A stretch of 64,000 bases of DNA from Octopus sinensis (GCF_006345805.1 NC_042997.1:25916001-25980000); one strand, 5' to 3'; shown: positions 41,519 through 54,765, counted from the stretch's first letter. Numbers and translations: made by a program. Notes: a model not told the origin generated them from the sequence alone.

Positions 41519-43020
41519 ATATGCACACAGCAGATTAGACTGCTAGAAGAGAAGAAAAATTCCTAATATTGGGCTACAACAAGTAAACTTAGACACCAAG
41601 AACCCTCGTAAGTATCCTAGCTGTCCCTAATAAGACTTTTCTGCTACTGTAAGGAACTGGATTTTATGCCTATTTTCTCTATCCTTCTAAACAAATCTTT
41701 AGTTCCTAATGCACCTATAACTACTAGGATACATTTTACTTTCACTTTCTATGGTCTCTGTAGTTCAATAGCTAGGCCCTGGCACGTTTCTATTTTCCCT
41801 ATATCTCTCATATTAATTCTCTCATCATTTTTAGACTGTAAAGTCAATTATCTGGTACTTTATATTCTTTTTATCTGCTACTACTAAATCAGGCCTTCTA
41901 ACTTTTATTACTCTGTCAGTCTGAATGTTAATGTCCCTCAACATTTTATATTTCTGGCTTTCTAGTACTTTACTCGGGTCATGTTCATAGCATTTATCAG
42001 TATGTTTAAATCCTAACTTTCTACAAAACTCCCAGTAGATTACACTCACTTTGTTGTAATGTCTTTTCTTATATTCTTTCTGTGCCTGTATGCTATATTC
42101 CCTTACTATATGAGTAACGCTTTTCTGTATTGATTTGCATAACCTATATTGGGAATCTACTTGATTTTTGTCTATCCTGGCTCTTATCCAATGAGTCCTT
42201 AATGCTTGATGAGTGGAGGCGCAATGGCCCAGTGGTTAGGGCAGCGGACTCGCGGTCGTAGGATCGCGGTTTCGATTCCCAGACCGGGCGTTGTGAGTGT
42301 TTATTGAGCGAAAACACCTAAAGCTCCACGAGGCTCCGGCAAGGGGGGGGGGGTGAACCCTGCTGTACTCTTTCCCCACAACTTTCTCTCACTCTTACTT
42401 CCTGTTTCTGTTGTACCTGTATTTCAAAGGGCCGGCCTTGTCACTATCTGTGTCACGCTGAATATCCCCGAGGACTGCGTTAAGGGTACACGTGTCTGTG
42501 GAGTGCTCAGCCACTTACACGTTAATTTCACGAGCAGGCTGTTCCGTTGATCGTTATCAACCGGAACCCTCGTCGTCGTAACCGACGGAGTGCTTCCAAT
42601 CCAATGCTTGATGTGATGCTGCTACTTACTAATTTTCTGTTTCCGTTTTCAGCCTTCATTTCTGTAAACATAACCATGTCTCACTAATTCTATTGGCTGC
42701 AACTATATTTTGAGAATATACCATGCAAAGCCTACTCCTGCCAGTCAAATAACTTTTGTACTTTTTTCTGGTTTTTAATTTCGCTTGACTTTTTGGTTTC
42801 GTTATGTCTTGTTATCACTATAGTATCTCTTAATATAGTTTCTTCACTATTACCTGCATAAGAGTGTATATCTATTCTAGCTAACTCCATGCATCCTTCT
42901 ACTAATATTAACCCTCATCCACCTTCCTTTCTAAGTAAGTATAATTTTGTTACACGTGCCCTTGTGTTGAGTCCTCAATTCAAAATTAATTAATGCCTAG
43001 GTCTTCTGTCTAGCTTTGCT
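41518..43020 (-). mobile_element. R4/Dong-like RLE LINE 3' fragment (subfamily of 15250-18270), interrupted by a SINE A copy
   Basis: VIYWEFCRK..QTDR..RRPDLVV..IIDFTV, LLGTARIL; 3' UTR matches 18220-18270. Confidence 0.85.
42212..42602 (+). mobile_element. SINE family A, full length, nested in the LINE
   Basis: TSD AATGCTTGATG at 42201-42211 and 42603-42613. Confidence 0.93.
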
Positions 43021-43365
43021 TATCATTCTTCTTCTTCTTCTTCTTCTTCTTCTTCTTCTTCTCATCATCATCTTCAATTTTCAAACTCTCATATATAGCA
43101 ATTAAATATTTAAAATCTTTGCAAAGTAGAATAGTAATAATAATAACAAACTGGATTTGAAAGAATTATGAAATCACATGCAAAACATTCAAAACTAGCT
43201 GAATCAATATTGTATTAGACAACCAGGCAGCTTATTTTTGTTAGTAGTTTATCAAAGATCGAGATATATTTTCACATCGTGATTTTTTCTGTTATTTAAA
43301 AAGTTAAGCTGAAATAATTAGCGTTTAAAACAGTCTTTATGTTACTGAGAGTTTCGACACTGTTT

Positions 43366-43585
43366 AAAGGTGGCGATCCTGCAGAAACCTTTCCACGCCG
43401 GGCGAAATGCTTAGCGTTATTTCTTCTGTCTAAGTTTCTACGTTCAAATTCCGCCGAGGTCGATTTTGCCCTTCAACCTTTCAGGATCGATAAATTAAGT
43501 ACCATTTGCGTACTGCGGCCGATCTAATTGACTGGTATCCTCCCCAAACATTTTAGTTTTGTGCCTAGAGTAGAAAAGAATATTT
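43366..43585 (+). mobile_element. SINE family C, C2-type tail
   Basis: C head and core, tail GTGCCTAGAGTAGAAAAG. Confidence 0.8.
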
Positions 43586-44893
43586 ATGAAGTTTGAAAGG
43601 AGAGGGTTATGTTCCAGATACAAAAGTATCTTCAACATTATTCATCCATTTATATGCACATCCTGAAAATCAAAGCTGCGAAATATGTTCAAATTTGATG
43701 ACTACTCCTAAGTAACCCTGAACTTGTAACTGCGTCCCAAAGAATATGCTTCTTTCTGAGGTTAGGAAATATTGCAACCTTAATTAGAAGATGGTTGTCT
43801 TTTCAAATCTCTTGTGCAATTTTTCATTTATATCATATAATACTTTTCAAAATGTTACCACACACACAACCAGTCCAGCAACATTACTTTGGTTAATTCT
43901 CAAGGGCCAACTAGTATGCTAAACTAAGTGCCAAGCAAACTTACTGCTTTTTTCTTTTCTCTATATCTCTTCACTTTTGCATGCATACAATGGAAATATC
44001 AAGCTACAATCATCCGCAATGAAGCAGGTTGGTTCATTCTATTCTCCTGTACTCATTCTCTACAGCAATTAATACATCGGATACGCATTAGAAATTTTCT
44101 CCTAAAATTTGCGAGGGTTTCATCTTCAATATTCTTCAACTAGTTACCTCCCCTGGCATGTGTCAATCTTCAGAACCGATCTGTGTCAGGGACCTCATTG
44201 ATCCACGAAGGTCTACAAAGGTTATGGCTGATGCTATTGTGTAAGATATATTTCAGTTTTAAGAAACTGCTTAATGACTGAAGTGTCACCATTTGAAGCA
44301 ATTATTCGTTTTAGCATGTTTAAGATTTTAGTCATTATATTAGGAATATGATACACAAATTATGAATTTTATTCTTAAAAAAAAAGGCTACCTTTAAGAA
44401 CAGCTTGGATATGCAATCACTGAGAATTTATAAAGATCATGCACGAAGGATTAACTTTTTCTACTCACAGTATATGAATACGTTTCTAAAGTATCCCCTT
44501 TCTAGTAAATTTTCTACATATTTTGAAATGTATGATTTTGTTGAATCACAATACAGTAAAAGGTATTGGTTGATAATACCACTTTCTCAAAAACATTAGA
44601 TTTTTCTTCAGTAAATATATAAATGCGCTGGAATTTCTGTTACAGAATGTCTACGTATAACAATTTTGGAAAATATATTTTCAGTCAAATTAAAATCTTA
44701 CATCGATTATCATTAATTTTTTTCTATTTACATCTTGGGCATGTACACAAAATTTTTAAGGCACGGGGACAATATTCTGTATTATGGATTTCTAGTATAC
44801 ATAAAAAGTTAAAATTTATGCAAAAGGCAAATAAGGTAGTGTGATGTTCATACGTTAAACAAAGGATCATTTTCAGCGTAAGTGAAATTAATT

Positions 44894-44969
44894 AGCGTCA
44901 ACCGGAAATCGAAACCCCGGCGGACACGTCTCACCAGGACGTTACCTCTTACTTTACGGTGTTCACCGC
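44894..44969 (-). pseudogene. tRNA-like cloverleaf, apparent anticodon GGT
   Basis: 76 nt; anticodon stem ACGTC/GACGT with 7-nt loop CTGGTGA; T arm CCGGG..TTCGATT..TCCGG with 2 extra nt; imperfect acceptor stem. Confidence 0.5.
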
Positions 44970-45114
44970 AGATTATTGTATTAATGACGTTCCATATATT
45001 ACTTCAGCCTGAAACCGTAGCCTAAAGAAGTTTTCATCAAGGCTGTTATATTCAGGCTTGCAGGAGAAAATTGACTTCAAATTCGATGACAAAACCTAAC
45101 AAATTTCTCATTAC

Positions 45115-45205
45115 CTATAACAGGAGGTGGAAGCATTCAAACAATGGATTAACTGAGCATATGTTACACGGCACGCCAGTTGGATAGACGGCTCCTGGAG
45201 AGTAA
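45115..45205 (-). CDS. Candidate 91-bp coding exon, product unknown
   Basis: Long pyrimidine tract ending CTCAG, donor TAG|GTAATG, open frame TLQEPSIQLACRVTYAQLIHCLNASTSCY. Confidence 0.25.
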
Positions 45206-45362
45206 CTGAGACAGACAGACAGAAAGAAAGAATGTAAGCAAGAGTTAGGAGGGAATAACAGAAAGGAAGAAAACGAGATATTATACAGGAGAATGACATA
45301 CTTAGAAAGAAGAACAGGAGCAAGGGAATCAGTAATGTGTGTGTATGCGTGCGTGTGCGTAC

Positions 45363-45418
<56 letters not shown>

Positions 45419-45544
45419 AGTGGGTGAGAGTGGGGTGAGAAATACATAGAACAGGATGAATGTCAGAGAGAAGAGAAAATAGTATAATTAAGACCTATCT
45501 GAGTGTTTGTCGATTGGAGGACATCAGGAACTTAACTGTAGCAC

Positions 45545-45644
<100 letters not shown>

Positions 45645-45769
45645 ATATATATATATATTATATATATATATATAATATATATATATTTATATACACAGAT
45701 ATATACATATATATATGCACGCACATGTATGCACATATACACAAGCACACGTGTGTATAAGTCCATATA

Positions 45770-45815
<46 letters not shown>

Positions 45816-46002
45816 TGTGTGTGTGTGTGTGTGTGTATGTATATACATAGGTGTGTATCTCTCTCTATATATATGTGTAGGTACGTGTGCACGTGCGCGT
45901 GTATGTGTGTATATGTGTGCATATCTATCTATACATATATCTAATATATATATGTGCGTATATATATACATATATACATACACACACACACATATTATAT
46001 AT

Positions 46003-46073
<71 letters not shown>

Positions 46074-46529
46074 AACATACACATATATTCATAACTAATA
46101 GGTATATGCATATGTGTGTTTGTCTGCGCGCACGTGTGTGTGAGAATTCGAAGTGATTATATAGACAAATTCGCACCAATATTTCGCGCGTTTACTGGAT
46201 AATGAAAGATTCATTCAACTATTGAAAAATCCGTCAGCAGACTATCAGGCATACTGATCAAGTTAAAGATTCGCTAACTAACCAATATCTCCAGAAAATA
46301 GTTTTCATTATTAGGTAATATAATCACAACAACAAAATGCGAGGCATCTTTTAGCAATGTGCGAAATAATAAGAGTAGTGTGTGCGTGCGCGTGTTTGCG
46401 CGTGCGTGTGTGTGGGCGTGCACGCGTTTGTGTGTGCGCACGTGTGCCTACGTGCACGAGCGTATGTGTCTGTGTGTTGATTGGAGTGTGTAGTTACAAA
46501 CATACACACACATACATACACACATACAT

Positions 46530-46535
46530 AGATAC

Positions 46536-46599
<64 letters not shown>

Positions 46600-46607
46600 T
46601 GATAGAG

Positions 46608-46690
<83 letters not shown>

Positions 46691-46703
46691 GGATGGATGG
46701 ATG

Positions 46704-46754
<51 letters not shown>

Positions 46755-46783
46755 GATAGATAGATAGAGATAGATAGATAGAT

Positions 46784-46854
<71 letters not shown>

Positions 46855-46855
46855 G
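46530..46855. repeat. (GATA)n tetranucleotide tract
   Basis: Direct reading. Confidence 0.95.
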
Positions 46856-47223
46856 TATATACATTTAACGTATACATAGAGAGACAGGTGTGTGCATGCA
46901 TGTGTGTGTGGGTTTGGGTGGGTGGTTGATCGTTTTACTTGCTTTAGCCATTGGACAGTGCCAGGCTAAGGTACCGCCTTGAAAGATTTAGTCGAAGAAG
47001 TCTTCCCAAGTACTATACTTCGAAGCATGGTACATGTTAAATAAATAGTCCACTCCGCACCTCTGTACAATTCAAATGTATGTGCGTGAGTGCTTGTATC
47101 TGTGCATGGGTGCGCGTCTCCGTACATGTGTATATGCATATTAGTTAGGCATGGCTTCACTAATGTTATCTAAGTTATATAAGCATATACACACATACGT
47201 CCATATATACCTACATACATACA

Positions 47224-47261
<38 letters not shown>

Positions 47262-47325
47262 CATTTATATATATATATGTATGTATATATATATATATAT
47301 ATACATACATACATATATATATATG

Positions 47326-47407
<82 letters not shown>

Positions 47408-48013
47408 AAATTTAGAGGACTGACCACTAAAATTGGACAGCCTATATGCAAGACATAGACGTCAAATCGCCATTACCACGAAGAATCTGTTCTCAAGAAA
47501 AATCTCAGCAAAAAAAAAAATGAAATGTAAAAATAAGCAAGACAAATGAAAATATACGAAATAATAATCGATTATCTATGTACCATTGGTTTCAATTGTT
47601 AATACTTACGTATATGGACACGCAAATATCTGCAAGATCATCAGCATAGTCTGTCGTTTACAAAACACAATTTCCAGAACTATATACAAAACGCTCAACC
47701 GAAATCCCTCATGTATAAAGTTCTACAAATTATATTTATGTGTATGTTTCAAATGCCTGCACTTAGGCGCGCTGAGATCCGAAACTACTCTGCAGTAAAT
47801 AGACTACAGCAGAGAATTTACCGGTTAGAGAAGGTTTTTTTTTTATTTAAAATTAATTAAGGGTAGATATTGATATTAATCAATTAAAACCAGTGGTTTA
47901 GCATATTTTAAAAATTCGAACGCTTATGAATATTATCAGTCTTCTCATTGGGAATGAAATAACAAATTGGCGTTTGCATTGTAAAATTTCATATTCCTGA
48001 TATTACTTTACTT

Positions 48014-48222
48014 TAAGGCGGTGTGCTGGCAGAATCGTTAGCACGCGGGACAAAATGCTTAACGGCATTGTAAGTTCAAATTCCGCTGACGTCGACATTG
48101 CTTTTCATCCTTTCTGGGTCTCTAAAATAGCTACCAGTTGCGCACTGGGTCGACGTACTCGACTGGATCCAACCCTCCCCCCACAAAATTCGGGCCTTTT
48201 GCCTATAATCGAAAGGACTATT
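48014..48222 (+). mobile_element. SINE family C, C2-type tail
   Basis: TAAGGCGG head, core, C2 tail. Confidence 0.8.
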
Positions 48223-48233
48223 ACATTAATATA

Positions 48234-48467
48234 TATTTCTTTACTACCCACATGGGGCTAAACACAGAGAGGACAAACAAGGACAGACAAACGGATCAAG
48301 TCGAGTACATCGACCCCAGTGCGTAACTGGTACTTAATTTATCGACCCCGAAAGGATGAAAGGCAAAGTCGACCTCGGCGGAATTTGAACTCAGAACGTA
48401 ACGGCAGGCGAAATACGGCTACGCATTTCGCCCGGTGTGCTAACGTCTCTGCCAGCTCGCCGCCTTA
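48234..48467 (-). mobile_element. SINE family C, C1-type tail, young copy
   Basis: TSD ACATTAATATA at 48223-48233 and 48467-48477. Confidence 0.9.
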
Positions 48468-49039
48468 CATTAATATAATTGTGTTATACATGCAAACAGA
48501 TATGTGGTATGTGTACCTTTATATATGTGTGTGTGCGTGTGTGAGTAAGGTTGCATGTAAAAATGCGTGTATGTATCTAGGGGTGCATGTGCGTGTTCGT
48601 GTGTAATTGTGTGGATATGCAAGCGTGTGCACTATTTTCATTTCGTTATCATATTATGGAATCGTCTGTAAACTGTAAACTGTAAAGCGGTCGCAGCATA
48701 TGCCTCTAGGAAATAATGTACCAAATTTAATGTCTGTGTTGTAAAATCACGACATCAAAACTTGCCATTCCGTAGCCTATTTCTATTCATGTTAATGTGC
48801 CTTGAAATATCAAACCTAGCTGAGTAGACCTATGATCAAAAGCATTCCAATCACGACCGTATTTATGTGTCCATGACTGTATCATCAAGCGTATCGTTCA
48901 TTTCAAGCTTAATAGTTTGTGATATTTGAAGGACATTTGTTTGGTTGTGTAACGATGAAGAAGTTCCATAGATTTGATTATATCTTATTTTAATAAGTCT
49001 TAACTATTTGTGATCAAGTACACTATATTGATTTCAAAT

Positions 49040-49200
49040 TTTGGCACAAGGCCTGCAATTTGGGGGATGAGATAAGTCGATCACATGGACACTAGTGCTC
49101 AACTGGTACTTATTTTATTGACCCTGAAATGATGAAAAGCAGTGCGGACCCCAGCAGGAATGCTGCTAAGCATTTCCCCCGGAGTACTGACGATTCTGCT
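49040..49200 (-). mobile_element. Diverged SINE family C remnant
   Basis: CAACTGGTACTTATTTTATTGACCC..GATGAAAAG block. Confidence 0.6.
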
Positions 49201-49489
49201 TCCTCGCTACTTTTTCCAAATATTCATACTACCATTTGGTTTTCTTGGAAGAGAGTATAGTATTTTCTAATTGTTAAAATTAGAGTTTGTCATAAAATAT
49301 CCCCTTACTAATTAATTGTTCTATTTCCTCTATTTCTTTACCTTTGAAGTTTTTTGAGAACATAAATGATTATTGAAGTAATTGTTTTCTTGTGTAAAAC
49401 TCTTTTTTTTAAACAGTTTTGTAATGCTGATTTTATTTTTATTTTCCCATGAAAGAAATTGATTTTATAAAAAAATACTATACCTAGAT

Positions 49490-49836
49490 ATAGGAGGTCA
49501 TCTTCCACACTCTCCCTGCCACGCTGGAACTCATTTACCCAGCGTTTGATTGTTGCATATGAAGGAACATTGTCTGTTAAAGTTCTCAACATATCTTCAT
49601 GGATTTCTGATGGAGTCATGCCTTTCAAATGAAGGTACTTTATGACAGCACGATACTCAGTTTTCTCCAGTTTCCTTGTAACCTCGACAATTGTTTATTC
49701 AAAAACCTGCAACAAAACAAGTTAAAATATCAGAATCATGAAAATGAGCAAGAATGTTCCAGAAAGACTGTACTTACCAGAAAAAACTGTTTCAGTTACC
49801 TAGGTTAGACTCAAAACTTTTCATACACCCTTCGTA
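49490..49836 (-). mobile_element. Mariner 5' fragment (TIR, 5' UTR, HTH N-terminus)
   Basis: TA|CGAAGGGTGTATGAAAAG terminus; YRAVIKYLHLKGMTPSEIHEDM..PSYATIKRW..F.RGRESVEDD. Confidence 0.85.
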
Positions 49837-50049
49837 TGCTAATTCCCCGCTATATATATAAAATTCACTACAGAGTTGTTTGGTGGATCTTTAATTTACT
49901 TTTCTTGGTATGTTTACTTGCCAGGGCACAATAGACTTTCAGGGACAGGAAAAGGAGGAATAAGCTCATACATTTTCATTATTAGGATATGAAAATGCAG
50001 AAGCTTCACCTATTACTGATAAAGTTATGTTACTGATACAGTTATATAT

Positions 50050-50438
50050 AGTGGAGACGCAATGGCCCAGTGGTTAGGGCAGCGGACTCGCGGTCGTAGG
50101 ATCGCGGTTTCGATTCCCAGACCGGGCGTTGTGAGTGTTTATTGAGCGAAAACACCTAAAGCGTCACGAGGCTCCGGCAGGGGATGGTGGTGATCCCTCC
50201 TGTACTCTTTCACCACAACTTTCTCTCACTCTTACTTCCTGTTTCTGTTGTACCTGTATTTCAAAGGGCCGGCCTTGTCACTCTCTGTGTCACGCTGAAT
50301 ATCCCCGAGAACTACGTTAAGGGTACACGTGTCTGTGGAGTGCTCAGCCACTTGCACGTTAATTTCACGAGCAGGCTGTTCCGTTGATTCGAATCAACCG
50401 GAACCCTCGTCGTCGTAACCGACGGAGTGCTTCCATCC
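50050..50438 (+). mobile_element. SINE family A, full length
   Basis: TSD ACAGTTATATAT at 50038-50049 and 50439-50450. Confidence 0.93.
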
Positions 50439-51197
50439 ACAGTTATATATGAATTACGGATACAGTTATTCATACACAACTCACAATATAGCACACACAA
50501 CAAAATTTACTAGTAACAAATTTCTCCCGACCCAAAGCAGAATGCACCCGTTTAGATCTTCCTAGAGACCACGGTTTCCTTTTTTAAATGTAACGAACTG
50601 TACAGATTTCTTACAGATTTTCTGAAGTTTATATGTTCTCTCTTTCACACTGTCTGTCTCTTGTGCGTCTATTTCTATTTAGTGCAATTTTCCCCTTCTG
50701 GACATCACACACTTGCTCACACAGACAAAATTCACAGGTAATTTGAAGACTATAAACATGTACAGACATCTTACCTCACGTGACTATGTTTTGTATATCT
50801 TTTTAGGTTAAACTCAAGTTTACAGCAAAAAGAAAATAAACTTAGTTGTGATGAAAATAAGCTTGGAAAAGTCAGATGAGATTGGCTGATTTAGATCTTT
50901 ATCAGCCAAACGGTCTCTTTCACTGTGTATTTATCCTACTCTCTCTATTTTTCTTTCTCTGTTTTATCATTCTGTGATAAAGACATAAATTACTTCATCA
51001 GCTTCTGTTCATTATTATTTTACATCAATAATTGTTTTTTGTATTCTTCATTAAAAAGTGATTCCGACAGTCCTTTTAATTTACGTTATCTTTATCGCGA
51101 CAATGATTTCTCTTGGGCGCTTTAGTGTTATATCTTACGAAACAAAATAATTTATATTCGTTTTCATTCATTCTTTTATCTCGTAGAGTAATTAATA

Positions 51198-51234
<37 letters not shown>

Positions 51235-51272
51235 ACACGCACACACAGATAGAAACCTTCTCACACACACAC

Positions 51273-51490
51273 ACGAGGGGGATTTGAAAAGTTCCTGGCT
51301 GTAAGGGTATCGTGAAATGTCTGGTTGGAGATCCAACCTCCCCAGTTGTTTTACAGAGCTTAGAAAAACCGAAGGACCACTACAATAAGTCTATTAAACT
51401 GAGAGGGGAATATGTTGGATAGAACCGTAATTAGCTGATCCTCCTGAACTTTGTTTTTCCAAAAGCTAGGAACTTTTCAGCACACTCTTT
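51273..51490 (+). mobile_element. Mariner-derived MITE
   Basis: Inverted ends TGAAAAGTTCCTGGCT / AGCTAGGAACTTTTCA; interior resembles the mariner transposase C-terminus (..LRGEYV). Confidence 0.7.
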
Positions 51491-51599
51491 TGTGTCTGTG
51501 TGTGTGTGTATGTGTGTGTGTACGTGTGCGTGTGTATAACTGCACGTACACGCACACACACACACACACATATATATACACAAAAATTGACTTTTTTTC

Positions 51600-51883
51600 T
51601 ATTCCAAAGAAAATCGATTTTATTCACACAAATATGCAACCGAAGAATTTAAAATACCAGTACATCGCAACAGCTGATGTACTTGCAGTTACAAATGCAT
51701 GTTCCCACGGCTTTATCGATCGCATTCCCACCTGTAATCGATTTTTGTAATTTTTTTCAAAACTTATACTCGGCCTGATACGGTCGGTATATATATATCA
51801 AATTTGAGCGCAATCGGATGGAGGATGCCCGAGATCCTAGAAGACACACACACATACAAATAGACCAGATTTTATATAATAGA
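51600..51883 (-). mobile_element. Helitron-like 5' fragment
   Basis: A|TCTATTATATAAAA followed by (TG)n; no 3' CTAG hairpin found; left boundary uncertain. Confidence 0.5.
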
Positions 51884-54076
51884 TAACATAATGTATATAC
51901 AGATGTCTGTGGCATGTGATAAAATCAAGCATTATTACCTCAAACTACACTCAATATGAAAGAGATACTCCCAGGGACCAATTTGTATATATTTTTTAAT
52001 CTTATGAAAGGAATCTAAGGAACGTCATAGTCTCGAAAAATATAAATTCGTGGATTGAGAAGGGATAGTTAAGGACAGTTGAAATTCTACAGCGAGTATA
52101 GTGAAGGAGATAGTGCAAATGACTAAATAAAAATATGAAAAATAATAAACACGTAGTCACTGAGAAAATATTCTTTATATGAAATGTCATTGCGAAAGAA
52201 TGATCGAGTTGAATCCAGCAGGCTTTTAAATTTTCTTCTTTGACGTGTCCCGCAACAATTACACACTTCGCTACTAGAAAACTTTTGGTGCGTGAGTAAT
52301 AGAAATGACCAAGAAATTAATGGAGGTGCGTTCGAGGAGATATATTGAAACTCCTTTAGAGCAATTCTAAAGTCCTAGTAGCATCAGTGTTATGTGATCT
52401 GCTATTAGAACGCTGCTTGTCCTAACTGAAATCATTCATCAACAGATGACTATCGTCTTGTAGGGTAATTTATAAAAAATATATATATAACAAAGCACAA
52501 CAAAATGATGTTAAAAGAAAGGGAGAAATATGTGAGAGAAGAAAACAGAAAAAAAATCTTTAAATGACAACAAAAATCCTTGATCAAAAACAACTCGTGT
52601 GTTGAAGAAAAGAAGACAACTTCCCTAAGGCACATATGGCAAAAGATGAAAGATGAATCGCAAAAATACAATCAAGACAACTAGAAATATTCTACAATAT
52701 TCTATCAGAAAATAATTGAATTCATAGCATGTGGTAATATGTATGTTAGGGCATCACCTCAAGGCAAAAATTAATTGCTTTCTTTCTGCTTGCCTATCTA
52801 GCTGTCTTTCTGCTAGATCTAGTTGTTGCTTATGTTTTTAGATAAGAAAAAGAATAAAAAGAAGAACAATAGGGAAGTGTATCTCCACACAAAAACTTTG
52901 CCTATTTTCTTAGGGTGGCAGTATTGTCTAATAATATTCTGTCTAAAGAACGGAATCCCCATATTACATTATATTTGTTAATACCATTGTCCTCTAATAC
53001 TGAATAAAACGCCTTCGGCTTTTTTTTTCATTTTTCTCTGTGAAAGATGTGATTGTTTTTTTTTTTTTCAGGTTCTCATAGAAGCCACATTTATTCTAGA
53101 TTTCTTCACTTTTTCTATGCGTTAAGTATATGTGACATTGAATTACTTTTCATAATTAATATAAATTCAATTAATATTTTATTCGTTCATTATATTTATG
53201 TGATGGAATGAAGTATTGATTGCTGCTTCCTTGTGAGTGCTTCAATTCACGTTTGCTTTTGAAATATGAATGCACTGAGAGTGAATCACAAACATACCTT
53301 AGCTGGTAGGTTGTACAGCAGGTTAAGACCATACCGCATATCCGTCCATGTACTTTTTTCTTCATTATAAATGAACAGCACATACCTGGTGCTTTTTAGT
53401 TTATTTACTTGTATAGTCATACGTGTTAATGAGAAATCCACCAATGATAGGTTGTAGTTTTTGCCTGACTTCAGTTTTAATCAGACTTATGATCAAATGC
53501 ATTCCAGCCGTTGACACCCAGTCTTAAATACATCAGGTAATACATTAACTAACGTACCTTATGTTAAGGCAGCTGGCTGTAGTTTCTGAAGATTTGATAC
53601 TATTTTTAGCAGGTCAAATTTTCAGTAGCCTGCATTTTGAATTTTTTTGAATAGAAACTGAAAGAAACCCCTACTAAATTTGAAGTCTGAAGCAGCATTT
53701 ATGAAGCTGTCTATGAATGTTCTCTCTTGATTCTGAGCAGGTTGAACTATTGCTACATTCAGAATGGAGTTTCGATACTGGGGAATTAAATCGGTAGTCT
53801 TTGAACAATTAGATCCTAGCGTTTTTATTACATTGTAAGTAAGCAGTAAATTTCGGTCACATATTAAAATATTTTCGGTCGTTTGGTTCTATTCAAACAA
53901 GATTAATAATATCGTATATGTGTCAGTGCATGTGTGTGTATGCATATATCTGTTTGTGTGAGTTCTGAAACGTCTTGCCTAAACATCGAAAAACACTTTC
54001 ATCTATATTCTAAAACTAACTGCGAGAAAGACTTGGTAAAACAACTTAGTAGATTTCGTAAGAAGAGTTCGTTCTA

Positions 54077-54167
54077 CTAAGTGTCACGAAGTTTTACTGA
54101 ATCAGTCATTATAAGTGAGTCTTCGGCTCGTTCAAAGTGCTCAAATGACGTCTCATCATATGGTTTA
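54077..54167 (-). CDS. Candidate terminal coding exon
   Basis: Acceptor ATATTTTACAG, open frame KPYDETSFEHFERAEDSLIMTDSVKLRDT*, AATAAA about 250 nt downstream. Confidence 0.3.
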
Positions 54168-54462
54168 CTGTAAAATATTACGTTCTTATAAATAACTGAT
54201 ATATTTGTATATCTTAAACTACTTCTGGTGCAGCAAATAATTCCGGTTAATAAGGTTAATATAACCAATGTACACAATGAAAAACTGTTATACAATATAT
54301 AACTAATGTGTAAACAAATGAAAACAGTATCATATGCATCAGAAATAAAAGATTTGGAATATAAACATACATACATTTTCAAAATATGGATTTATAACAT
54401 TGATTATCATTATTTGTTAACAATGCAGATTGCTTCCTATATATCAAAGATCTAATATATAG

Positions 54463-54670
54463 ATCGCCATGTTGATTCGCTAGCTTCTGCACGCATTTTT
54501 TTTCTCCTTGTTTCTTTCCGTGTTTCTTTTCTGTGTATCTTTCTGTTGAAGAGCGTAGGCTCGAAAAGTAAAAGACTTGTTTTATTTATATTCCTGAGCG
54601 CCATATTGATAAAATTGTTTGTTTGTATTCCACCTGCCTTCGTCTTTTGTTTATTTTCATAAAGCTTCCC
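54463..54670 (+). mobile_element. ~208-bp element with a degenerate type I hammerhead motif (PLE/retrozyme-like)
   Basis: 13-bp direct repeats ATCTAATATATAG at 54450-54462 and 54671-54683; motif TCTTT-CTGTTGA-A-GAGC-GTAG-GCTC-GAAAA-GTA-AAAGA at 54538-54575. Confidence 0.6.
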
Positions 54671-54765
54671 ATCTAATATATAGCTTATATATAACTGAAA
54701 TTTTTTTAAATACGTCCATGAAAGATAATTAAGATATAAGTGTGTATACTATTTCTGACATCAAT

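Noticed and set aside
43600-44200. ADD-like motif suggesting an ancient LINE RT on the minus strand
   Set aside because: No continuous frame or second convincing motif
50680-50740. Plus-strand 55-bp exon-like segment
   Set aside because: All frames open by chance at this length; no partner exon
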